From IMG/VR virus record IMGVR_UViG_2872698443_000002: 35,230 nt of DNA; one strand, 5' to 3'. The notes beneath the pieces are model-generated. The model made no database searches. It was not told where the DNA came from and saw only the letters and a program-made list of their open reading frames with translations. Below, in pieces: positions 28,166 to 35,230 of this stretch. Each line of letters starts with the position of its first letter. Position 1 is the first letter of the stretch. A program made the position numbers and the translations under genes. Source of the stretch: a virus. Taxonomy: Duplodnaviria; Heunggongvirae; Uroviricota; Caudoviricetes.

Positions 28166-28468
28166 ATGAGCGATAAGCAGACTGAAAAGACCATTCAACT
28201 GGATACCCCCATCATGCGCGGTAAAACAGAAATTACCGAAATTGTGCTGCGTAAACCGCAGTCCGGTGCGCTGCGCGGTATACGCCTGCAGGCCATTATG
28301 GATATGGATGTGAACGCGATGATGACCGTGATCCCCCGCATTTCCAGTCCGGCACTGACCGCACAAGAAATTGCAGAGATGGACCCGGCAGATCTCACCG
28401 CTATGTCGGTTGAGGTTGTCACTTTTTTGTTGAAGAAGTCGGTGCTTGCCGGTTTACCGACAGCCTGA
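28166..28468 (+). CDS. E: tail assembly chaperone gpE
   Basis: 100 aa; contains the T-TTT-TTG slippery site near its 3' end. Confidence 0.8.
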   Translation: MSDKQTEKTIQLDTPIMRGKTEITEIVLRKPQSGALRGIRLQAIMDMDVNAMMTVIPRISSPALTAQEIAEMDPADLTAMSVEVVTFLLKKSVLAGLPTA

Positions 28469-28602
28469 CGGTTGACGATCTGGTGGCTGATATCGCCACC
28501 ATCTTTCACTGGCCGCCATCCGTTACTGACGTTATGCCGCTGACCGAAGTGCTGGAATGGCGGTATAAAGCGATTCAGAGAAGCGGGGCTAACGATGAGT
28601 GA
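28166..28602 (+). CDS. gpE+E' frameshift-extended tail assembly chaperone (programmed -1 frameshift near 28429)
   Basis: The -1 frame after TTTTTTG is open and reads ...FVEEVGACRFTDSLTVDDLVADIATIFHWPPSVTDVMPLTEVLEWRYKAIQRSGANDE, ending at a TGA (28600..28602) that overlaps the T start codon. Confidence 0.7.
28423..28429 (+). promoter_or_regulatory. slippery heptamer T-TTT-TTG for the E/E' -1 translational frameshift
   Basis: Six consecutive T followed by G, in X-XXY-YYZ phase with the E frame. Confidence 0.7.
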
Positions 28603-31600
28603 TAATAACCTGCGCCTGCAGGTCATTCTTAATGCGGTTGACAAACTCACCCGCCCATTCCGTGCTGCACAGGCCAGTTCGAAAGAGCTGGCTGGCGCAA
28701 TCAGAAACTCCCGTGACGCATTAAAGCAACTCAATCAGGCGGGTAACAGCCTGGAAAAATTTCGCAAGCTGCAGGCCGATAACAAAAAGTTAGGCGACAG
28801 GCTGAACTATGCCAGACAGAAGGCAAATTTGCTTAGTTCTGAGCTGGAAGCGATGGAACAACCATCACAACGGCACCTTGTGGCTTTAGGTCGGCAAACG
28901 CTGGCAGTCCAACGCCTGGAAGAACAACAAAAATATTTGCAGAAGCAAACGGCGCTTGTGCGTGCAGAACTGTACCGGGCGGGAATTTCTGCGAAAGATG
29001 ATGCGGGAGCAACTGCCCGTTTAGCCCGTGAAACATCACGTTATAACCAGGAACTGTCGAAACAGGAGGCGCGGCTGAAGCGACTGGGGGAAGCTCAGCG
29101 CAGGATGAATGCAGCGCGTGCCAGTTATGCCCGTTCGCTGGAGGTGCGCGATCGCATCGCAGGAGCCGGAGCCACCACCACGGCGGCAGGGCTGGCAATG
29201 GGGACGCCAGTGATGGCGGCAGTAAAAAGCTATACCAGCATGGAAGATGCCATGAAAGGTGTGGCAAAGCAGGTCAATGGTCTGCGTGACGATAATGGCA
29301 ACCGCACTGCACGTTTTTATGAAATGCAGGATGCCATCAAAGCTGCCAGCGAACAGTTGCCGATGGAAAACGGTGCGGTGGACTTCGCTGCACTGGTTGA
29401 AGGTGGTGCGCGTATGAACGTTGCAAACCCTGACGACAGCTGGGAGGACCAGAAACGTGACCTGCTGGCCTTCGCCAGTACGGCAGCAAAGGCGGCAACA
29501 GCCTTTGAGCTGCCAGCGGATGAACTGTCAGAAAGTCTGGGGAAAATCGCCCAGCTCTACAAAATCCCTACCCGCAATATTGAACAGCTCGGTGATGCGC
29601 TGAACTATCTGGATGATAACGCCATGTCGAAAGGGGCAGACATCATTGATGTCATGCAACGCCTGGGCGGTGTGGCTGATCGTCTGGATTATCGTAAAGC
29701 GGCGGCGCTGGGTTCCACCTTCCTGACACTGGGCGCTGCGCCAGAGGTTGCAGCCAGTGCAGCAAACGCGATGGTGCGTGAATTGTCCATTGCCACCATG
29801 CAGAGCAAGAGTTTCTTTGAAGGGATGAATCTGCTGAAACTCAATCCTGAAGTGATTGAAAAGCAGATGACGAAGGATGCGATGGGAACCATCCAGCGCG
29901 TGCTGGAGAAGGTGAACGCACTGCCGCAGGATAAGCGCCTGTCTGCCATGACCATGTTGTTTGGTAAAGAGTTTGGCGATGACGCAGCGAAACTGGCAAA
30001 CAACCTTCCGGAACTGCAGCGCCAGCTAAAACTGACAGCGGGCAATGATGCGCTCGGTTCCATGCAGAAAGAATCCGACATCAACAAGGACTCACTTTCT
30101 GCTCAGTGGTTGCTGGTCAAAACCGGAGCGCAGAACACCTTCAGCAGCCTGGGCGAAACGCTGCGCCAGCCGCTGATGGATATTCTGTACACGGTGAAAA
30201 GCGTCACAGGGGCGTTGCGTCGCTGGGTGGAAGCTAACCCGGAACTGACAGGCACACTGATGAAAGTAGCCGCTGTGGTGGCTGCCGTTACCGTGGGCCT
30301 CGGCACCTTAGCGGTGGCGCTGGCTGCAGTGCTGGGGCCGCTGGCAGTGATCCGTCTGGGATTCTCTGTGCTGGGTATCAAAATGTTACCTTCCGTTACG
30401 GCAGCAGTAACTCGAACCAGCAGCGCGTTGTCCTGGCTGGCTGGCGCACCACTGGCACTGCTGCGACGCGGGCTTGCTTCATCGGGCAACGCCGCAGGTT
30501 TACTTACTGCGCCGTTGTCGTCTTTGCGCCGCACGGCATCACTGACGGGAAATGTCCTGAAAACGGTAGCAGGTGCGCCGGTTGCACTTGTGCGGTCTGG
30601 ATTATCCGGGTTACGTGCGGTTGCTGTGATGTTTATGAATCCACTGGCAGCACTACGCGGTGGACTGGCTGCCGCAGGCGCGGTGCTGCGTGTGCTGGCA
30701 TCCGGTCCGCTGGCGATGCTGCGCGTTGCCCTGTATGCCGTATCTGGTCTGTTAGGTGCTCTGCTCAGTCCGATAGGTCTTGTGGTTACTGCACTGGCGG
30801 GCGTGGCGCTGGTTGTCTGGAAATACTGGCAACCCATCACCGCATTTCTCGGTGGCGTGGTGGAAGGATTCAAAGCGGCGGCAGGTCCCATCAGTGCTGC
30901 ATTCGAACCGCTTAAGCCCGTGTTTCAGTGGATTGGCGACAAAGTACAGGCGCTGTGGGGCTGGTTTACTGATCTGCTGACGCCCGTAAAGTCGACCTCT
31001 GCCGAACTGCAGAGTGCAGCGGCAATGGGGCGGCGATTCGGGGAGGCACTGGCGGAAGGGCTGAATATGGTCATGCATCCGCTGGACTCCCTGAAATCCG
31101 GCGTTTCCTGGTTGCTGGAGAAACTCGGCATTGTCAGTAAAGAGGCCGCAAAGGCAAAACTACCGGAAAGCGTGACGCGTCAGCAACCTGCGACGGTGAA
31201 TGCAGACGGTAAAGTGATGATGCCATCGGGTGATTTTCCGTCATGGGGATATGGCTTTGCGGGTATGTATGACAGCGGCGGCTATATCCCGCGTGGGCAG
31301 TTTGGCATCGTCGGTGAAAACGGGCCGGAAATTGTTAACGGCCCGGCAAACGTGACCAGCCGGAGAAATACAGCTGCACTGGCTGCCGTTGTCGCCGGAA
31401 TGATGGGCGTTGCTGCCGCGCCAGCAGAGCTTCCACCGTTGCATCCTTTGGCGCTTCCCGCGAAAGGCGGTGAAGCGATGGTGAGTCGTGCAGCTACTGT
31501 GCCGCCCATTTACCGGATTGAAGCACCGACGCAGATCATCATCCAGACACAGACAGGACAAAGTGCGCAGGATATTGCGCGGGAGGTGGCCCGCCAGCTT

Positions 31601-31672
31601 GATGAACGTGAACGCAGGTTGAAGGCAAAAGCCAGGAGTAACTACAGCGATCAGGGGGGATACGACGCATGA
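28595..31672 (+). CDS. T: tail tape measure protein gpT
   Basis: 1025 aa; coiled-coil N-terminal third, Ala/Gly/Leu-rich hydrophobic central block; position after E/E'. Confidence 0.9.
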   Translation: MSDNNLRLQVILNAVDKLTRPFRAAQASSKELAGAIRNSRDALKQLNQAGNSLEKFRKLQADNKKLGDRLNYARQKANLLSSELEAMEQPSQRHLVALGRQTLAVQRLEEQQKYLQKQTALVRAELYRAGISAKDDAGATARLARETSRYNQELSKQEARLKRLGEAQRRMNAARASYARSLEVRDRIAGAGATTTAAGLAMGTPVMAAVKSYTSMEDAMKGVAKQVNGLRDDNGNRTARFYEMQDAIKAASEQLPMENGAVDFAALVEGGARMNVANPDDSWEDQKRDLLAFASTAAKAATAFELPADELSESLGKIAQLYKIPTRNIEQLGDALNYLDDNAMSKGADIIDVMQRLGGVADRLDYRKAAALGSTFLTLGAAPEVAASAANAMVRELSIATMQSKSFFEGMNLLKLNPEVIEKQMTKDAMGTIQRVLEKVNALPQDKRLSAMTMLFGKEFGDDAAKLANNLPELQRQLKLTAGNDALGSMQKESDINKDSLSAQWLLVKTGAQNTFSSLGETLRQPLMDILYTVKSVTGALRRWVEANPELTGTLMKVAAVVAAVTVGLGTLAVALAAVLGPLAVIRLGFSVLGIKMLPSVTAAVTRTSSALSWLAGAPLALLRRGLASSGNAAGLLTAPLSSLRRTASLTGNVLKTVAGAPVALVRSGLSGLRAVAVMFMNPLAALRGGLAAAGAVLRVLASGPLAMLRVALYAVSGLLGALLSPIGLVVTALAGVALVVWKYWQPITAFLGGVVEGFKAAAGPISAAFEPLKPVFQWIGDKVQALWGWFTDLLTPVKSTSAELQSAAAMGRRFGEALAEGLNMVMHPLDSLKSGVSWLLEKLGIVSKEAAKAKLPESVTRQQPATVNADGKVMMPSGDFPSWGYGFAGMYDSGGYIPRGQFGIVGENGPEIVNGPANVTSRRNTAALAAVVAGMMGVAAAPAELPPLHPLALPAKGGEAMVSRAATVPPIYRIEAPTQIIIQTQTGQSAQDIAREVARQLDERERRLKAKARSNYSDQGGYDA

Positions 31673-32154
31673 TGATGGTGCTGGGATTGTACGTGTTTAT
31701 GCTGCGCACCGTGCCGTATCAGGAACTGCAGTATCAACGCAGCTGGCGACATGCGGCTAACAGCCGGGTAAATCGTCGTCCGTCCACGCAGTTTCTGGGA
31801 CCGGACAACGACATGCTGACGCTTTCCGGTGTTCTTATGCCGGAGATAACAGGCGGCAGGCTGTCGTTGCTGGCACTTGAGCAGATGGCAGAACAGGGGA
31901 AAGCATGGCCCCTGATTGAAGGCAGTGGCACGATTTATGGCATGTATGTGATTGAGGGACTGAATCAGACTAAAACGGAGTTTTTCCGCGACGGTATGCC
32001 GCGCCGGATTGAGTTCACCCTGTCGCTCAAACGGGTGGATGAATCCCTGTCCGATATGTTCGGTGATCTCAGTGCGCAACTGAATAATCTGCAGGACACG
32101 GCAACGTCTGCCTTAAGCGATATCAGTAAAACGGTGGGAGGGCTGCTGTCGTGA
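31669..32154 (+). CDS. U: tail protein gpU
   Basis: 161 aa, overlaps the T stop; P2 order T-U-D. Confidence 0.85.
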   Translation: MMMVLGLYVFMLRTVPYQELQYQRSWRHAANSRVNRRPSTQFLGPDNDMLTLSGVLMPEITGGRLSLLALEQMAEQGKAWPLIEGSGTIYGMYVIEGLNQTKTEFFRDGMPRRIEFTLSLKRVDESLSDMFGDLSAQLNNLQDTATSALSDISKTVGGLLS

Positions 32155-33251
32155 ATTTCAGCTCTGAACTGCTTAACAAAGGCAACAAAACTCCCGCATT
32201 CAGCATCAGTATTGAGGGCAGGGATATCACCACTGTGCTGGATAACCGCCTGATGAGTTTGACGCTGACGGATAACCGGGGCTTTGAAGCGGACCAGCTT
32301 GATCTGGAGCTGGATGACGCTGACGGAAAAATCGTGCTGCCGCGCCGTGGTGCGGTTATTACGCTGGCGCTGGGCTGGAAGGGGCAGCCGCTTTTCCCGA
32401 AAGGGGCATTCACAGTGGACGAGATTGAACACACTGGCGCACCGGACCGCCTGACTATCCGGGCGCGAAGTGCTGATTTTCGGGAAACGCTGAATACCCG
32501 CCGTGAAAAATCGTGGCATAAGACCACCGTCGGGGAAGTGGTGAAGGAAATAGCCGCGCGGCACAAGCTGAAGATGGCCCTGGGTAAAGACCTGTCGGAT
32601 AAGCCCGTGGAGCATATAGACCAGACTAATGAGAGTGACGGCAGTTTTCTGATGCGGCTGGCGCGACAGTACGGTGCCATCGCGTCGGTGAAAAATGGCA
32701 ATCTGTTATTCATCCGGCAGGGGCAGGGCAAAAGCGCCACTGGTAAACCTCTGCCAGTGATCACTATCACACGCAAGGACGGCGACAGTCACCGATTTAC
32801 CCTGGCAGATCGCGGAGCCTACACGGGCGTAATTGCCAGCTGGTTGCATACCCGCGAACCTGCGAAGAAAGAAAGCACCACGGTGAAGCGTAAGCGCAGA
32901 ACTAAGAAGCAGAAGAAAGAGCCGGAAGCGAAGCAGGGCGATTACCTGGTGGGTACGGATGAAAACGTGCTGGTACTTAATCGCACTTATGCCAACCGGA
33001 GCAACGCTGAACGGGCAGCGAAAATGCAGTGGGAACGCCTGCAACGCGGCGTTGCGTCATTCTCGCTACAACTGGCGGAAGGGCGGGCAGATCTTTACAC
33101 GGAAATGCCAGTGAAAGTTAGTGGCTTTAAACAACCGATAGATGATGCGGAATGGACCATTACGACTCTGACTCATACCGTCAGCCCGGATAATGGTTTT
33201 ACGACCAGTATTGAACTCGAAGTGAAGATTGATGATCTTGAAATGGAATAA
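32151..33251 (+). CDS. D: tail protein gpD (late control gene D)
   Basis: 366 aa, last gene of the tail operon. Confidence 0.9.
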   Translation: MNFSSELLNKGNKTPAFSISIEGRDITTVLDNRLMSLTLTDNRGFEADQLDLELDDADGKIVLPRRGAVITLALGWKGQPLFPKGAFTVDEIEHTGAPDRLTIRARSADFRETLNTRREKSWHKTTVGEVVKEIAARHKLKMALGKDLSDKPVEHIDQTNESDGSFLMRLARQYGAIASVKNGNLLFIRQGQGKSATGKPLPVITITRKDGDSHRFTLADRGAYTGVIASWLHTREPAKKESTTVKRKRRTKKQKKEPEAKQGDYLVGTDENVLVLNRTYANRSNAERAAKMQWERLQRGVASFSLQLAEGRADLYTEMPVKVSGFKQPIDDAEWTITTLTHTVSPDNGFTTSIELEVKIDDLEME

Positions 33252-33319
33252 AGTGTTCTCAATATTGATATTTTGTGTATCATTACAATGATTCTGATAG
33301 CAAAGGTAGGGATCTGGAT

Positions 33320-33538
33320 ATGATGAATTGTCCAAAGTGTGGTCATGCGGCACACACAAGGAGCAGTTTTCAAGTAACTGAAAGCACCAAAGAGCGTTAC
33401 TGCCAGTGCCAAAATATTAACTGCGGGAGCACTTTTGTTACCCATGAAACAGTGGTCCGGTTTATTGTGACACCCGCACTGATTGCTACTGCTCCTCCAC
33501 ATCCATTGCCAGGTGGTCAGGGGCATATGAATTTTTGA
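33320..33538 (+). CDS. ogr: Ogr/Delta-family zinc-finger late-gene activator
   Basis: 72 aa from ATG 33320 with C-x2-C...C-x-C-x4-C (MMNCPKCGHAAH...YCQCQNINCGSTF) and C-terminal ...PHPLPGGQG, typical of P2 Ogr. Confidence 0.85.
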   Translation: MMNCPKCGHAAHTRSSFQVTESTKERYCQCQNINCGSTFVTHETVVRFIVTPALIATAPPHPLPGGQGHMNF

Positions 33539-33545
33539 GAAAGAG

Positions 33546-33569
33546 AACCTGCTACGGCAGGTTTTTATT
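33546..33569 (+). terminator. rho-independent terminator after ogr
   Basis: AACCTGC-TACG-GCAGGTT hairpin followed by TTTTATT. Confidence 0.6.
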
Positions 33570-34047
33570 CATCTGGGATCTCACCCGTTTCAAGAAAATG
33601 TATAAAGCCAGGCTCATCTATGATGATTGTGCCTTTCATCCTGGCTGCCGATACTTTTGATGGGCCTGCATTGTAACCGCAACAGAGCATCTGAAGGCTT
33701 TGGGTTACAGAGGTTCTTACCGTTAATCCTTGTTCATTCGCCTTATCAACCAATCTTTCTTTATCTGCTTTCTTAAATCCGGTGAAACACACATCGAATG
33801 TATTTTTTTTCGGACCAGACTGCTTAGTGAGATGTGAGTAGTTTTCGGGGAGGAATGACGCGCATTCCTGAATGGCTTGTTCTGGTGAATCGTACTGTTT
33901 AAGAATGCGGTCTTTTCGGAAGGTTTTTATTCGATCGGTGTTCTTACAAATGCCCTGTATATGATTTTCGCTATAACTGATGCTCTGTATTGAGTGAACT
34001 CCGATACGACCATTTGCATTGATGTAAACAAAGTGAAGTTCTTCCAT
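33565..34047 (-). CDS. hypothetical two-domain protein: N-terminal WYL-like segment plus C-terminal BRCT-like domain; AT-rich cargo gene next to the attachment site
   Basis: 160 aa with RBS AGAGG 6 nt upstream. The C-terminal ~75 aa align position-by-position with the BRCT domain of NAD-dependent DNA ligase. The N-terminus (...NGRIG...GICKNTDRIKTFRKDRI) resembles the GyC...R.FR.DRI signature of WYL beta-barrels. Confidence 0.65.
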   Translation of the reverse strand: MEELHFVYINANGRIGVHSIQSISYSENHIQGICKNTDRIKTFRKDRILKQYDSPEQAIQECASFLPENYSHLTKQSGPKKNTFDVCFTGFKKADKERLVDKANEQGLTVRTSVTQSLQMLCCGYNAGPSKVSAARMKGTIIIDEPGFIHFLETGEIPDE

Positions 34048-34127
34048 GTGAAACCTCTTTGCATGATTTCAAGAGGGCGACAGGCAAGATAGACGCAAAA
34101 GTCTGTCGCCATTTTGCCGCCACTACC

Positions 34128-34160
34128 AAAGAAAAAGGGGCTACGCTTTCACGTAACCCC
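34128..34160 (-). terminator. rho-independent terminator immediately 3' of ssrA
   Basis: On the minus strand: GGGGTTACG-TGAAAG-CGTAGCCCC followed by TTTTTCTTT, starting 10 nt after the tmRNA CCA end. Confidence 0.6.
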
Positions 34161-34170
34161 TTGTTTTATT

Positions 34171-34533
34171 TGGTGGAGCTGGCGGGAGTTGAACCCGCGT
34201 CCGAAATTCCTACATCCTCGGTACTACATGCTTAGTCAGTCTTTACATTCGCTTGCCAGCTGCGGACGGACACGCCACTAACAAACTAGCCTGATTAAGT
34301 TTTAACGCTTCAACCCCAGGCAGGGCTTCCACGCGATCTCTTTTGGGTTTGACCTCTCTTGATCCCCGTCCTAAGAGCGGAGGCTAGGGAGAGAGGGCTC
34401 TAAGCAGGTTATTAAGCTGCTAAAGCGTAGTTTTCGTCGTTTGCGACTATTTTTTGCGGCTTTTTACGAGGCCAACCGCCCCTCGGCATGCACCTTGGGT
34501 TTCGCAAATCCCGTCGAATCCAGAATCAGCCCC
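34171..34533 (-). ncRNA. ssrA: tmRNA (SsrA)
   Basis: The reverse complement begins GGGGCTGATTCTGGATTCGACGGGATTTGCGAAACCC and ends ...GGTTCAACTCCCGCCAGCTCCACCA. It contains the ANDENYALAA tag-coding region (...GCAAACGACGAAAACTACGCTTTAGCAGCTTAA) and the tRNA-like 3' end. Length is 363 nt. Confidence 0.95.
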
Positions 34534-34747
34534 AATGTGTAAAGGTAAGTATACCAGATTTATGAGCGCCATGACCAGCCTCAATGGCGTTATCGTTAAA
34601 GATTTAGCACCCATGTAGCCTGATTTTTATTCGATTAAGCAATGGGATGGCAACATTTGTGTCGGATGTGATAGCCAATAAGATGTTCATTCGCGCCGCC
34701 GGAGAGGGAGGCGCGGTGAGGAACTGGTCAATAATTGGAGTGCAGGT

Positions 34748-35230
34748 TTAACGGTGGGCGTTTTTCATGATACGCGCTTTATCCACCTGCCATTCGCGCT
34801 CTTTGATATCTGAACGTTTATCGTGCTGTTTCTTACCTTTGGCGACGCCGATTTTCACTTTGCACCAGGCATTTTTCCAGTACAGGGAGAGCGCCACTAC
34901 GGTATAGCCTTCTCGATTGACGCGACCGTACAATGAGTCCAGTTCGCGCTGGTTGAGAAGTAACTTGCGGGTACGGGTAGGATCGCACACCACATGCGTG
35001 GAGGCCACTGCCATTGGCGTGATGTTTGCGCCAAACAGGAACGCTTCTCCGTCACGCAGAAGGACATAGCTGTCGCTGATATTGGCTTTTCCTGCGCGCA
35101 GGGATTTAACTTCCCAGCCTTGCAGGGCAAGTCCCGCTTCGAACTCTTCTTCGATAAAGTATTCGTGACGGGCGCGCTTGTTAAGCGCGATGGTCGCTGA
35201 ACCAGGTTTATGTGCTTTTTTCTTCGTCAT
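34748..35230 (-). CDS. smpB: SsrA-binding protein SmpB
   Basis: 160 aa, [56 protein letters not shown]..., immediately upstream of ssrA in the same orientation. Start codon is at the window edge. Confidence 0.95.

Noticed and set aside
30103-30891. 262-aa minus-strand ORF inside the tape-measure gene
   Set aside because: Antisense to gpT; Ala/Pro/Ser/Thr/Arg-rich composition mirrors the Ala/Gly-rich sense strand; no RBS context.
1-35230. CRISPR arrays, tRNA or rRNA genes
   Set aside because: No spaced direct-repeat array and no tRNA cloverleaf-like or rRNA-like sequence was seen; the only structured RNA is the tmRNA.

Overview
The window is almost entirely a P2/186-family temperate prophage integrated next to the host tmRNA gene, with ssrA (34171..34533, minus) and a complete smpB (34748..35230, minus) at the right edge. 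The host looks E. coli-like. Left to right: an AT-rich membrane-protein cargo gene, then a 186-type lysogeny module (int, cI, apl/cox-like, cII), small early ORFs, a TraR-like zinc-finger gene, a phage dam methylase split by an intact IS2, replication gene A, and a LexA-box promoter driving a tum-like ORF plus a DinI-like ORF. An AT-rich 290-aa cargo ORF and a putative cos site follow. The P2-type late region is complete: Q, P, O, N, M, L, X, lysis cassette, R, S, V, W, J, I, H, G, an invertible tail-fibre segment with a nonsense-mutated invertase, FI, FII, E/E', T, U, D, ogr. A small AT-rich gene encoding a WYL-like plus BRCT-like protein sits between ogr and ssrA. The three cargo ORFs (1..1032, 10034..10906, 33565..34047) are the best candidates for undescribed lysogen-expressed defence or exclusion functions; none can be assigned a function from sequence alone. 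All calls come from reading the ORF translations and DNA motifs; no database search was run, and family names rest on remembered motifs.
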